Translations under genes and position numbers: made by a program
DNA from: a virus
IMG/VR virus record: IMGVR_UViG_3300022752_000021
Strand: one strand, 5' to 3'
Length of the DNA: 64,000 bases
The notes under the pieces: model-generated
The model's input: only the letters and a program-made list of their open reading frames with translations
What the model was told of the DNA's origin: nothing
Database searches by the model: none
Shown: piece after piece, positions 10,182-20,539 of the stretch
How positions within the stretch are numbered: the first letter of the stretch is position 1
Layout: every line of letters begins with the position of its first letter

Positions 10182-10823
10182 TTAATCTTTGTGAGATAGT
10201 CTGTAGAAGTGATTTTTGTCTACCTTCTGTTCATCATGTGAAACAATTTTTACATTGTGTTCACCGACCAGAAGTTTCACCTGATGAAACAGACCATGCA
10301 ATCCGTATACAGACGAGCCTGTATACGGCTTGACCCGTTTCCAATTTTCGAGTGACGAGATTACCGCATTCAACATAGAATATGGAAACACGAAGATGTT
10401 ATCATCTGTGAACTCATATGCCTTCCACCCACTTTCTTCAAAAAGGACATTGAATTTGTCATAATCAAACCCGATGGTACTAACCTTTTTTTTGAAGAGA
10501 ATGTCGAATCTAGTACTCACTACCAAGTCAAGATCCTCGCCTCGTAAAAGCATCAAAGACTCCAGGTATGTGTCTAACTGATTCGTTCCGACAATTGGTT
10601 TGATGGAAGCCTTTGTGGGCTTGTAAAAGCCGACAACTTCATCTATACCTTTATGGTCGTATGTGCTGATATATGTCTTCAGTTTGCCTTCTTCTACGAG
10701 AGGATCAATGAGCATCTCTTGGTTGTTTTTCGCGCATTCGTGGCATCTTCTTTTCTTTCCATCAAATGGATCGTAATCATGGGATATACCAACAATAGAC
10801 AGACCGATTTTCACATTCACCAA
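10182..10823 (-). CDS. Hypothetical glycan-locus protein
   Basis: 213-aa ORF in the operon. Carries VVSTRFD and DDNIF, similar to proteins of polysaccharide loci; function not assigned. Confidence 0.55.
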   Translation of the reverse strand: MVNVKIGLSIVGISHDYDPFDGKKRRCHECAKNNQEMLIDPLVEEGKLKTYISTYDHKGIDEVVGFYKPTKASIKPIVGTNQLDTYLESLMLLRGEDLDLVVSTRFDILFKKKVSTIGFDYDKFNVLFEESGWKAYEFTDDNIFVFPYSMLNAVISSLENWKRVKPYTGSSVYGLHGLFHQVKLLVGEHNVKIVSHDEQKVDKNHFYRLSHKD

Positions 10824-11437
10824 CCTTTCTTCAATGAGGTAATCATCAATTCCATCGGCATCAAGTTCAAGATATATTTTCTATTGCTGTTGAATGTGTT
10901 CCAGTCGCTGCCGTTTAGCGGAACTACACTTCTACTTGACTTTTTCACCACACAACATCCCTCGTCTTCAAAAGAAGTCATCCATTGATATTCGGTGCTG
11001 TGCTGATACAACTCCATGATTAGGCGATATCCACCATCTCCATTCCATGCTTCACCATTTATGAATTGCGAGATCGGTCTGCATCTCCACTCATTGGGGG
11101 GATTGCAGTCATGCAGGATAACATATCCTCCCTCATTTATTGAGTTCATGGCGTTGAAGAAGTCTCTACGAACATAATCATATTCGTGGTGTCCATCTAT
11201 GAACACCACATCAAATGTTTTCTTGTTTTGTGCAAAGAAATCATCACTGCTCAACAACACACAATTCTTGTTTGCATGAAACCGTTCAGCACATTGCGAC
11301 CAAGGAGATGGATCACAACAGGTTTTATCTATTGCATTTGCTCCATCAAACACATGTCCCTCACCGTATCCAATTTCAAGATATGATGGATTTGTCTTAG
11401 TTGCTAACAGTTCGTTGATCATTATTAGTCTATTCAT
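10817..11437 (-). CDS. Class I SAM-dependent methyltransferase (possibly sugar O-methyltransferase)
   Basis: YLEIG...G, SDDFF, FDVVFIDGHH.Y..V..D, GGYVILHDCNP, WNGD. Confidence 0.85.
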   Translation of the reverse strand: MNRLIMINELLATKTNPSYLEIGYGEGHVFDGANAIDKTCCDPSPWSQCAERFHANKNCVLLSSDDFFAQNKKTFDVVFIDGHHEYDYVRRDFFNAMNSINEGGYVILHDCNPPNEWRCRPISQFINGEAWNGDGGYRLIMELYQHSTEYQWMTSFEDEGCCVVKKSSRSVVPLNGSDWNTFNSNRKYILNLMPMELMITSLKKGW

Positions 11438-11455
11438 AGTTCAGTCCTTTTTTAC

Positions 11456-12148
11456 TTAGATTGTTATGTAGTTTCCCGACGAATACAAATTGGAGTAATG
11501 ACCCGCTTCCCCAAAATTAGAGCAATGTATTTCCTTTGCCTTGGTGACTGGGTTGGATCCAATCCAGAATTCTTTGTTTAGTACATTTATCAGAGGAGAC
11601 AAATTGGGTTGATTTTCTAGATACGAGTTGTCTAGCGTATTGATATGCCGCGCAGTCGCCCACCAGAAATTTCCGGAGAAATGAGGTTTCCTTCCGACGA
11701 ATGTATCGGTCAACCAGTTGACTCCAACACAATCATATTCTCTTAGATACTCTACACAATCTTTCCATCTATGAATTGTGAAATACTCCATCATTAGCCT
11801 CCAGTGTCTGGATGCTAAGTTGATGATATCCTTCAGTCCTTTTTGGTGAATATAAAGTATATTGAAGTCCTGCGATTCTTCTTTGGAGCAGAAGTCACGA
11901 ATAGCCTTCAGCGTAGCAGTTTCTCCCATAGACCATTCTGATCTTGGGTGAAGAACAACATTAGCCTTTGGAGTCCACTCAGGAACAACTTCTCCATTTA
12001 TTCCAATGTGGATGAACTCACACACACCCAACAAACCAGATATAGCCAACGACCTCATTTGATCTTCATACATCATGTGCCAATACTCTATTGGAATGTT
12101 GGGATGATTGTTTAGTTGATAGTTGTGGTAAAATATCGCAATTTTCAT
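11456..12148 (-). CDS. Hypothetical glycosyltransferase-like protein
   Basis: Probable start MKIAIFYH; E.ATL, ILYIHQKG, WR.MMEY, HFSGNFWWA, EFWIG. Placement in the glycan operon. Confidence 0.5.
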   Translation of the reverse strand: MKIAIFYHNYQLNNHPNIPIEYWHMMYEDQMRSLAISGLLGVCEFIHIGINGEVVPEWTPKANVVLHPRSEWSMGETATLKAIRDFCSKEESQDFNILYIHQKGLKDIINLASRHWRLMMEYFTIHRWKDCVEYLREYDCVGVNWLTDTFVGRKPHFSGNFWWATARHINTLDNSYLENQPNLSPLINVLNKEFWIGSNPVTKAKEIHCSNFGEAGHYSNLYSSGNYITI

Positions 12149-12160
12149 AGAGATCTCCAA

Positions 12161-12838
12161 TCAGTTACAATTCACTTCACCATGAACGGCGATTCTTCCA
12201 CACACACCGATTCTATCTAGGTTTTGGATTTTCAACTCTCCTTGGTGTGATGCCAAAAAGTTGTATAACACATGTTCTGCTGAGATGAAGGGATACTTAT
12301 CAAACAACAATTTACCATGTGCGATATATCTGCGAAAGATGTCTTTGCTCGCCATTCTATAGAATGTGGTTAAACATACATTGTTTGCATGAGAAAAGCC
12401 TCTAGCCTTGCAGTTGATATCCGCAGTCTTATCCAAGATATTGAAGTCAAATGTAGGATCCAGATAGTATCTTCCACTTATCTTGTAGATGTCCGATTCA
12501 AAATTTCCATTCTCAATCATCCAATCAAGCATGTATAGTTCACCCGCCCCTTTGTTGGGGGAGGATACGATGTCAGCAACCGACAAAACTTCTCTAATGT
12601 CATGGAATTGATCTGATGCAGACAACAAATTCTTTATCGGAGATAAATCGGGCAGTTCTCCATGACTACAATCAACCAACAATATCCGCGTGGCATCTCC
12701 CAAAAGGCTGCGAATAGACTTTATGGTATCTACCGTCTGCATTATCCGCTGTGATGGATCGAATACAGATCTGATTGGGGAATAGTCCAGAGGAGTGGAG
12801 GTGGGAGAAATAACGGATGTGATTATTATAGATGTCAT
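12161..12838 (-). CDS. Hypothetical glycosyltransferase-like protein
   Basis: Probable start MTSIIITSVI at 12838; NKGAGE and IYKISGRY motifs. Confidence 0.5.
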   Translation of the reverse strand: MTSIIITSVISPTSTPLDYSPIRSVFDPSQRIMQTVDTIKSIRSLLGDATRILLVDCSHGELPDLSPIKNLLSASDQFHDIREVLSVADIVSSPNKGAGELYMLDWMIENGNFESDIYKISGRYYLDPTFDFNILDKTADINCKARGFSHANNVCLTTFYRMASKDIFRRYIAHGKLLFDKYPFISAEHVLYNFLASHQGELKIQNLDRIGVCGRIAVHGEVNCN

Positions 12839-12846
12839 AGTTTTAA

Positions 12847-13581
12847 TCAATAATATTTTTTGTAGTGATGAAGTATTGAATGCTTCTCTCGCAATGCATC
12901 CTCTATACCATCGTAGTTCCTGCCTCGGTGATCCTGACCCCATATCCCCAATTCATGCAACTGCGGATTTACCTTATGAATCTTACCAGCAGCCATCATT
13001 GAAAGAGATATGATGCAATCTGTCCACCCCATAGAAGGGTAGATGTTATGCATCACTTTGAAGTTCTCTTCTATAAACCCACGAAATGATGGATATACAT
13101 CTAAGAAAGTGGCTCTCCTGAAAATACTACCACCACCCATACCATAATGATTATCAATCTGTGAGTTTCCTGAAATCTGCCTAAACACATCTAGTATCTG
13201 TGGGTGTATAAAATTCTGTAGACAATTTGCGGTGACGAGCATTTCGTCGCTATCACAAACATCTATATTGTTTATCACATGCACATCATCCTCCATCACC
13301 ATGACATGGGATGACTTACAAAGAGAAACTGCCGCACCAAATCTACGCAGATATTCCATCATTGCATCGTATTCAAACCCTCTGTTACCCTGTGGGTATC
13401 CTATGCGAATTGGACTATGAATGTAAATGCAGTTATACTTTTTACACACATCAGAAAAATCTTCTCCACCATCACAAATGACCACATAAGTGGTATCGGG
13501 ATTATAGCATCTAAAACTACCTATCGCTGCATCAGTAGCAACTTTGTTTGCATACACAAAATGTAATGCATCGACTGCCAT
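12847..13581 (-). CDS. Putative GT-A glycosyltransferase
   Basis: VICDGG, VMEDDV (acidic metal-binding motif), GMGGGSIF, WTD. TGATG coupling to the upstream gene. Confidence 0.6.
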   Translation of the reverse strand: MAVDALHFVYANKVATDAAIGSFRCYNPDTTYVVICDGGEDFSDVCKKYNCIYIHSPIRIGYPQGNRGFEYDAMMEYLRRFGAAVSLCKSSHVMVMEDDVHVINNIDVCDSDEMLVTANCLQNFIHPQILDVFRQISGNSQIDNHYGMGGGSIFRRATFLDVYPSFRGFIEENFKVMHNIYPSMGWTDCIISLSMMAAGKIHKVNPQLHELGIWGQDHRGRNYDGIEDALREKHSILHHYKKYY

Positions 13582-14360
13582 CAGAATCTCCACTTACTAG
13601 TATCAATACGATCATATTGATGAATGATTGGAATGACCTGTCCATTTACACTGGGCAATCCCACCTCATCCCATGTTGGCTTCTCTACTAATTTGTCACG
13701 AAACTGCTGTACACCGACCGTGCCAAGATGCACCATCAATCCATCTGAAGGACGAACCATGCGTATCGACTTACGCCCAAACTCTGTTCCCATCAGGATA
13801 TTGAATGAAGACTGATCAGAAACACTCGCAGGATTGTGAAAGCACATCGTGAAGATCATGAGACAAAGTTGAGCCACTGCCTCTGTTTTACCACACAGAA
13901 CTCCAACATTGCATATCTCTTGCTTCTTGTATTCATCATAGACATAACCAAAGCCTTCCATCAGGTTGCCATTTCCCCAATGCTCATCTTCGTAGGCAAT
14001 ACACTCACTGCCACACACAATGTCCTTATCATCAAGGAGTTCGATCAGACGAGGAAATGGGTCAGAATGAAAATAGACATCCCTGCTGTCTGTGAGAACA
14101 ACATGTGAATAGACATCCTTAACTGACATGAGATACTTGTATTGAAGAAGAAATCGTAGATTGTGTGGTGGCTTGTTGTTCTGTTGTAGGCTATATCCCA
14201 CAACAGAAACTTCATGCTCGTTGCACGAATCAACAAGTTCCTTAGTTGGATTTATGAGTAGATTGCAGACATCATGACCTGTCTTCTTGGCAGACAAATT
14301 CCATGTCTTTACTTGATCCCACTTGTAACCCGATGATGATGACAAAAATAGTTTTTTCAC
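13581..14360 (-). CDS. Putative GT-A glycosyltransferase (DxxD type)
   Basis: VVLTDSRDVYF, ICNVGVLCG, SDQSSFN, IIHQYDR. Confidence 0.65.
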   Translation of the reverse strand: MKKLFLSSSSGYKWDQVKTWNLSAKKTGHDVCNLLINPTKELVDSCNEHEVSVVGYSLQQNNKPPHNLRFLLQYKYLMSVKDVYSHVVLTDSRDVYFHSDPFPRLIELLDDKDIVCGSECIAYEDEHWGNGNLMEGFGYVYDEYKKQEICNVGVLCGKTEAVAQLCLMIFTMCFHNPASVSDQSSFNILMGTEFGRKSIRMVRPSDGLMVHLGTVGVQQFRDKLVEKPTWDEVGLPSVNGQVIPIIHQYDRIDTSKWRF

Positions 14361-15259
14361 TTGGTATCCAATACGCTCATAATAAAGTTCTTTAGGATGT
14401 TCTTCCCATCCCTGATGTATCTCTCGGAACGGAATCCGCTAATGGGATCTACTTTCGACATACTATTTATTCGCTCTTCATCGGATAGAAGCGACAAGAT
14501 ATTCATGAATGATTTATTTGCTGATTCATTGCTACTTGCATCAAACACGATGTAGGAGTCGGGATTGAATTCTTCTGCAATATCTTCTGCCCCCCAATAG
14601 ACAGGCACAGCATTTACCACAAATGCTTCGTATATCTTCTCGGTGATGTAAGACTTTCGCGAAAGATTCTCAAATGCTAAAGCAACCCCATATTCCGAAG
14701 TGAACTTCAACTTATCTTCAACTTCTCCAACATTATTGTGAACTCTGCCGCCCGACATGCAAAGCCCATGTCGAACCAAATGTTCAATCAAAGATGTTCG
14801 CAAACCATTACTTGGATTTGAAACAACTGCCGACACCTTTGGTTTTTTTTGGCTCTTGTATCTCGCACGAAGTTCTTCAAACGACGAACAGCCATGTTTG
14901 TCCATATAGTCTTGGTGATAAAGTGCATAGAGAGGATAACGCAAAGACATGACATCAGTGGGCATGTCTTGCTCAAGATCAAATCCTATGTAAGCCTTAC
15001 AACCAGGTGTTGTGGAAACAATGTCATAACTCTCACCAGTGAAACAAATAGTATTTCCCTTCACAGTCCTCATATCTGCAAAATATGGATTTCCAGCCAT
15101 TGGTCTGTAGAGAGAAATTATCAAATCAACACTAGAATCTAAACCAAGTTGTATCTCACACTTCGAATCAATCTCACGAAGAAGTTTGCTTATATAAAAT
15201 CCATTTGTAGCAAAATCTATATCAAATCCACCCCATGGATTTACATAAGCGATCTTCAT
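14357..15259 (-). CDS. Alpha-1,3/4-fucosyltransferase-like protein (GT10)
   Basis: KLKFTSEYGVALAFEN....YITEKIYEAF....VPVYWGA matches the GT10 signature; also FTGES and SAVVSN. Confidence 0.85.
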   Translation of the reverse strand: MKIAYVNPWGGFDIDFATNGFYISKLLREIDSKCEIQLGLDSSVDLIISLYRPMAGNPYFADMRTVKGNTICFTGESYDIVSTTPGCKAYIGFDLEQDMPTDVMSLRYPLYALYHQDYMDKHGCSSFEELRARYKSQKKPKVSAVVSNPSNGLRTSLIEHLVRHGLCMSGGRVHNNVGEVEDKLKFTSEYGVALAFENLSRKSYITEKIYEAFVVNAVPVYWGAEDIAEEFNPDSYIVFDASSNESANKSFMNILSLLSDEERINSMSKVDPISGFRSERYIRDGKNILKNFIMSVLDTK

Positions 15260-15921
15260 ATGCTCACCTTTATCATGATTCTTTCTGGTGTTTCATTTCT
15301 ATCCACGACGCTATACTTGCAGGAGTTCAAACCTTCGTTCTCCCAATCCAACTTCTTTGACCACATCTCACGAATGCGTTCGATGTTCTTCTTATAGTCC
15401 TGCTCGTCTATCTGTCTATCGTGATTCAATGACTTCAGGATACCTGGTGTTTGTCTCTGCACCTTTACTTCAGCCAAATGGCAGCGATAGAGAACATCGT
15501 CATCTTCAGCACCCCATCCCCAATACTCATTGGAGTAGCCATTTATCTTGTTCATTGCCCAACGACTGAACATCGTCACACCACCGAAGTATCCATCATA
15601 CGGAAGAGCAAAATTGAACTGACTTGCTGCTGCTGCGAGATGCGTTGGTAGATCCTGATAGTTGTAGTCAACATTCTGTGGCAACATGTCAACATCATGA
15701 AACACGAAGTAGTCGCAGTCTGTATCTGCCTCAAGAAAGCCAATGTTGAGCAACTTGGCTCTGTTGAAAGGCTTTCCCACCTCTTGCTCAATGATGTAGA
15801 TGTTGTGAACAATATTTTGCTTCTCAAGATATGCCTTCATGTGTGGAAGGAACTGCTTGAGATGCTCTGCTCTGTCCCGATATGGAACAACGACTGCCAA
15901 CTTATGAACTTGCTGTTCCAT
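15256..15921 (-). CDS. Beta-1,4-galactosyltransferase-like protein (GT7)
   Basis: [51 protein letters not shown]. Probable start MEQQ at 15921. Confidence 0.92.
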   Translation of the reverse strand: MEQQVHKLAVVVPYRDRAEHLKQFLPHMKAYLEKQNIVHNIYIIEQEVGKPFNRAKLLNIGFLEADTDCDYFVFHDVDMLPQNVDYNYQDLPTHLAAAASQFNFALPYDGYFGGVTMFSRWAMNKINGYSNEYWGWGAEDDDVLYRCHLAEVKVQRQTPGILKSLNHDRQIDEQDYKKNIERIREMWSKKLDWENEGLNSCKYSVVDRNETPERIMIKVSI

Positions 15922-16927
15922 ACTTGAACTCCTTTCCAACCGCTTCCTCAAGACGCTTCATCACCTCTGCGGTGAAGTACTTCTCGGGATTCTCGTTGAT
16001 GTTCTTCTCAAATGCTGTGGTGCCATCTGGAAGTTCGATGCGAGTCGATACCTTCTTGAAGATACCATGATTCAATGCGATATCTGTAAGACCATAGTAA
16101 CGATTCAAACCACTGTCGTAGTTCAACTGAACATCGACCATTTGATTTTCTTTAGTCAAACGAGACTTGTACAACTTGCAATGAATGATGTTTCCAATGA
16201 CATCTCCATCCGCATTCTTCTCCTTCTTCTTTGAAAGGTAGACGATGGTGGATGCGGCATACTTCAGACCGCTACCACCACCCATCTCCTTTGTTGGGAC
16301 ATACGCGCCCACGACATCATATGTGTGGTTCGTCATGACAAGAGGAATTCTTGCCTTGCCCAACTTCATCGTGAGGACTCTGAATGTTGCCTTCACTCCC
16401 TGCGCCCGTGTCATATCCCTAACATTCTTGCCCTCTGCTGAATCGTTCATTTCCTTCTCTGTTGACAACATTCCAAGAGAATCAAGAACGATCATCATAG
16501 GCTTGCGCTCTGACTCGTCCATCTCAAGAATCTTGTCAACAATCGACACACATTGAGTCTTGAACTCCTCAATGGTGGCAACAGGAAACACAGCAACTCT
16601 CTTGGAGTCAACACCACGACCTTCGAACATGTCGGATGTGACCGCTTGCTCTGAGTCGAAGTAAAGAACCATGCCCTCGGGATTGTTCTTGAGGAACTGC
16701 GCGACAATCCCAAGGGTAAAGTAGGTCTTTCCCGTGGCAGATTCACCCGCAAGGGCAATGATCTTGTTGTCCGCTACTCCTCCGTACAATGAACCAGAAA
16801 GAAGCGCATTGAAAGCATACGAACCAGTATCGACAAATCCTGCGACATCTGCTCCGTCGATTCCATCCTCAACTATGCTGGCAAACTTGTTGCCAGACTC
16901 TTTCACAATCTGCTTTAGGAAATTCAA
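15902..16927 (-). CDS. uvsX: RecA-like recombinase
   Basis: [50 protein letters not shown]. Confidence 0.96.
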   Translation of the reverse strand: MNFLKQIVKESGNKFASIVEDGIDGADVAGFVDTGSYAFNALLSGSLYGGVADNKIIALAGESATGKTYFTLGIVAQFLKNNPEGMVLYFDSEQAVTSDMFEGRGVDSKRVAVFPVATIEEFKTQCVSIVDKILEMDESERKPMMIVLDSLGMLSTEKEMNDSAEGKNVRDMTRAQGVKATFRVLTMKLGKARIPLVMTNHTYDVVGAYVPTKEMGGGSGLKYAASTIVYLSKKKEKNADGDVIGNIIHCKLYKSRLTKENQMVDVQLNYDSGLNRYYGLTDIALNHGIFKKVSTRIELPDGTTAFEKNINENPEKYFTAEVMKRLEEAVGKEFKYGTASS

Positions 16928-16930
16928 GGT

Positions 16931-17236
16931 TTATTCTCCAGAGAGTTTGAGCGAAACGGGCTTCACGCCACCAGTTGGCATGACAAGACCTGAACCAAAG
17001 CCTGTGCTGTATTCGTTTGCTGTATTGTCTTCTGGATCGACGCAATACAGAACCTTGTCTGTTGCAATCGTAACGCTTTCTTCCTTAGCAAATGGAATCC
17101 AAGGAACAAGACCGACTTCTCCCTTGTTGATCATCACAATCATCGCTGGCTTCTTCAGCGTGAGTGTGCTTCCGTTATCCGTGACATTTGCGAGAAGATT
17201 TTCACCCGTAACCAATCTAACCAATTTTGTAGCCAT
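16931..17236 (-). CDS. Conserved T4-like small protein (possible Sm-like fold)
   Basis: KLVRLVTGENLLA...LVPWIPF...Y...FGSGLV; SD AAGGAG. Confidence 0.7.
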   Translation of the reverse strand: MATKLVRLVTGENLLANVTDNGSTLTLKKPAMIVMINKGEVGLVPWIPFAKEESVTIATDKVLYCVDPEDNTANEYSTGFGSGLVMPTGGVKPVSLKLSGE

Positions 17237-17265
17237 GATATTCTCCTTATGTTAGGCTTCACTTC

Positions 17266-17293
17266 ATTGTACTATAGGTATACACTATGTCAA
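17266..17293 (-). promoter_or_regulatory. Sigma70-type promoter upstream of the uvsX / glycan operon
   Basis: TTGACA-N16-TACAAT on the minus strand. Confidence 0.7.
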
Positions 17294-17967
17294 CACTCTT
17301 CGTCATTATTTGTATCGTAGATAAAATTTGTTGCACCCGACGCACTCCACCGATCTTGGTTCTCACAGAACCATTTGCGCGTGGAAAATTTGAAGTATGG
17401 AATCTTGAGATCGGATGATGGAGTTTGTGATTGATGCCTCCATATGATTCTGTTGTTGGGTTGTGCTGCAAATTGACCATTATCCAACTTTATGATGTTG
17501 AAAGATTTATGTTCATTCGGTGTCTCTGACCACCCAACATCAACTTCATTTGGATCAGATGCACATGGATCGACGGTGAACAGATAGTAACCAGGTGCGC
17601 GAGACTTGTCTTTCATTACAACTTCACATCTTGCGTTTCTCAAACGCTCCTTGCGAATTACAGAAATGTTGTATGACATGCAATCCCAAAGTTGCAACCA
17701 ATCTAGCGGATATAGTTTTTTTGGATCAACATCTTTTCTCCACACAAAGGCATGAAGTGGTAACTTGTCGTATACAGCACCATAATCATGAATCAATGAT
17801 TCAAAATAAAGTGCCTGATTGGGGATCGACTTGGCGGTTAGCCAATGTGCCGATTCGTATTCTCCATCTCCAAGTAGTTTGCCAGTTTTGTCTGTAAGAA
17901 AATCGTACAGAAATTCCTTACGAACAAAAACCTCAATCGGGGGTATGTTTGCTATCAGATAAGCCAT
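17290..17967 (-). CDS. Conserved hypothetical phage protein
   Basis: Start MAYLIANIPP overlaps the gp43 stop (TAATG); LQLWDC, P.EHKS, NGQFAAQPNNRI. Confidence 0.75.
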   Translation of the reverse strand: MAYLIANIPPIEVFVRKEFLYDFLTDKTGKLLGDGEYESAHWLTAKSIPNQALYFESLIHDYGAVYDKLPLHAFVWRKDVDPKKLYPLDWLQLWDCMSYNISVIRKERLRNARCEVVMKDKSRAPGYYLFTVDPCASDPNEVDVGWSETPNEHKSFNIIKLDNGQFAAQPNNRIIWRHQSQTPSSDLKIPYFKFSTRKWFCENQDRWSASGATNFIYDTNNDEEC

Positions 17968-20504
17968 TATCCGAACAATCCTTCCAATGTATGCACTACT
18001 TCTTCCTTCCATCCAAGAACGCCAAGAATGTTTCTCATCGGCTCAAGGAATGTCTTCTCAAACTGCAAATCGTAATCCACAAACCCATCAAGATTGAACT
18101 CATCTGGAATCTTTGATGTGAATGCAATCACCTTTTCGCACAATGGATTCGGTGTCTTGAGATAAAGAAACTTTATCTTGTCGCCTTCACGAATCTCCTG
18201 ATACTTCCCACCCAACTTGTTCTTTTTGATGTTGTAGTTGAACAACAAGGAACCCTTTGTTGCGATTGGTGTTCCTTTCTTGTAGATCATAGTTGGATCA
18301 CCATACTCCTTCAGCCCATTGCAACTTCTTGGGAATGCAATCTTCTCTGGCGGAAGGCTCTTGAATACATTCCTAAAGGTCGAAACGAACTGCTGCACAT
18401 GAGTCTCGTCCTTGTTCATGACGATTGAGATGGCTTCCTTGAGGGCATTACGGACAACCTCTGGTGTGGAGGAACGCGCAGTCTCAATGCCCATGATCTT
18501 GAGTTCTGGAACCTTTAGATAAACATTCTCTTCACCCATGCGAACATTCAACATGTATCGCTTCTTCGCAGTCCAAATGCCCGATGACGCAATCGACTCG
18601 CGCTTCATACGCATCTTATTGTCATACGCATTCATATATTCAGCAAGACGATCATAAGACTTATTGATCACCTTCTGAATTGCTTCGTTGGATGCCTTGT
18701 CAATGAACTGCGTGATCTTCTGCTCATCCTTCTCATTTGGCATCACCTTGGAAACAAGAGGACCAAGGTTCAGATAGACGGAGTCTGTGTCGATTGCAAT
18801 CACATAATCGACACCTTCTGTGCTGTTTGCTTTGTTGAGATACTGATTCAGATCTTTCTCAACCCATTGCACCGACAACTGACCAGACAAGGTTATAGCC
18901 TCAGCAATTGCCTCATCGTAGTAACGAAACCATTCGTTTCCAACGGCACCGAAGGCGGAATTGAGTTGAATCTTGCGGACGAGTTGGAAGTTGTGAAACT
19001 TCGAAATGGCGAGTCGTAGATTCTCTCTATCTTCTTCAGTCGCGTCCACAGGTAGTTGTTTGAGAGCAGCCTTGGCTTCAAGCATGAGCCTCTTGTAGTT
19101 CTTACGCTCCTCATACATCCGTTCCATGAGTTCAGGAAGAAATCCCCGAACATCCCTTCGATAAGTCGTACCATTGGCAGCAAGGCACACTCCTCTGCGG
19201 ACGGCTTTCTCTCGTTCGGATAATGCAAGAGGTGAAGCCTTGATGAACGACTGAGGCGTAACCACTCGTCTGATCCCGTCTTCTGTCTTAGTTTCCGGCG
19301 ACAGATTGTATTGCATGATGAGGTGGGGATATAGTGAGTCGAGGTCAAAGGATACGACCCACTTATGATGTCCCGCTTGCGGATCCTTGACATACGCACC
19401 TTCAAATGAGGCATCTTTCTTTCCTTTCTTCTTTGGGGGAATGACTATGTTCTTACTATGCAAATGATGATAGATGATCTGCTCCCATGTTCTTACTTGA
19501 GAGAAGACATCGTTGAGATTCACCTTTGCAGAGTAAGCCAATGAAACTGCAAGTTCAAGAAGCCTGAGTTTTGCCTCAAGTTTCTGAACAAGAATGGTAT
19601 CCTGAATGTTGTATTGAACGAACTTGGTGAAATCGTTCTTGTAGAAATCAGAAAAGTTGTCGTACTCCACATACGCAACCTTTGTCTCTCCAAGTTCGAC
19701 AGAAGTGATGTGACCCAACTTGTAGGATTCTCGCGTCACATAAGTGAACTTCCTATAGAGGTCAAAGTAGTCGAGCGTGTTGATACCCACGATCTCATAG
19801 GCAATGCTCTCCTTGCCCATCATCTCCACCTTGCGTTCCTTGAGTTTGCCCCAAGGAGAAAACTTCTTGGCAAACTTCTCACCAAACAAACGAGTCATTC
19901 TATTGACGAGATATGGAATGTCGAAGAACTGAACATTCCATCCCGTGATGATGTCGATTCCAAGAGTCTGCCATGTGAGCATGAAGTCGCCAAGCATCTG
20001 CTCTTCGTTGTCATACACATTCACATGGAAATCATTTGGCATCTTTGATACATCAATATTGCCCAATGTGTATGTGTATTTCTTCTCACCAACGATTAGC
20101 GTGATGACATTGATGCGCTCGTTTGCAGTCTCAATGTTTGGAAAGCCTTCTTCCGATTCCGTTTCAATGTCGATATAGGCAATCCGCATCAACTTCATGT
20201 CATAGTTGATCTCATACTTGTATTCATCACCGATGAACTGATAGAGATAGTCCGTGTTCCCGTAGATGGGATATGCATGGACATCCCTGTACTTCTCCAC
20301 AAACTCCCGTGCTGAGTCGATGTCATCGAACACTATAGGCTCAACGCTTTTGCCATCAAGCGTGTGCCATGCAGATCCCTTCTTTCCTAATACAAACAAA
20401 GTTGGTTGAAAAGACTGCTCCTCGGCAAAGGCAACTCCATTCTCATAGCCGCGATGCAGAATGCGATTGCCGCGAATGGCAACATTCGTGTAGAACTTCT
20501 TCAT
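17967..20504 (-). CDS. gp43: Family B DNA polymerase (T4 gp43-like)
   Basis: Exonuclease DIETE, TGWNV.FFDIPY; polymerase FDLDSLYP, KIQLNSAFG, DTDS, KKRY. Confidence 0.98.
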   Translation of the reverse strand: MKKFYTNVAIRGNRILHRGYENGVAFAEEQSFQPTLFVLGKKGSAWHTLDGKSVEPIVFDDIDSAREFVEKYRDVHAYPIYGNTDYLYQFIGDEYKYEINYDMKLMRIAYIDIETESEEGFPNIETANERINVITLIVGEKKYTYTLGNIDVSKMPNDFHVNVYDNEEQMLGDFMLTWQTLGIDIITGWNVQFFDIPYLVNRMTRLFGEKFAKKFSPWGKLKERKVEMMGKESIAYEIVGINTLDYFDLYRKFTYVTRESYKLGHITSVELGETKVAYVEYDNFSDFYKNDFTKFVQYNIQDTILVQKLEAKLRLLELAVSLAYSAKVNLNDVFSQVRTWEQIIYHHLHSKNIVIPPKKKGKKDASFEGAYVKDPQAGHHKWVVSFDLDSLYPHLIMQYNLSPETKTEDGIRRVVTPQSFIKASPLALSEREKAVRRGVCLAANGTTYRRDVRGFLPELMERMYEERKNYKRLMLEAKAALKQLPVDATEEDRENLRLAISKFHNFQLVRKIQLNSAFGAVGNEWFRYYDEAIAEAITLSGQLSVQWVEKDLNQYLNKANSTEGVDYVIAIDTDSVYLNLGPLVSKVMPNEKDEQKITQFIDKASNEAIQKVINKSYDRLAEYMNAYDNKMRMKRESIASSGIWTAKKRYMLNVRMGEENVYLKVPELKIMGIETARSSTPEVVRNALKEAISIVMNKDETHVQQFVSTFRNVFKSLPPEKIAFPRSCNGLKEYGDPTMIYKKGTPIATKGSLLFNYNIKKNKLGGKYQEIREGDKIKFLYLKTPNPLCEKVIAFTSKIPDEFNLDGFVDYDLQFEKTFLEPMRNILGVLGWKEEVVHTLEGLFG

Positions 20505-20511
20505 AGAGGTA

Positions 20512-20539
20512 AGTATATCTCATTGCATCACAGATGCAA
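20512..20539 (-). promoter_or_regulatory. Sigma70-type promoter, probably giving a leaderless gp43 mRNA
   Basis: TTGCAT-N16-TATACT-N7-ATG. Confidence 0.65.

Noticed and set aside
6773-15921. T4-style glucosyl-hydroxymethylcytosine DNA modification locus
   Set aside because: No dCMP hydroxymethylase or alpha/beta-glucosyltransferase-like gene is recognisable, and GT7/GT10 are glycan-elongating families. It is not excluded for the rest of the genome.
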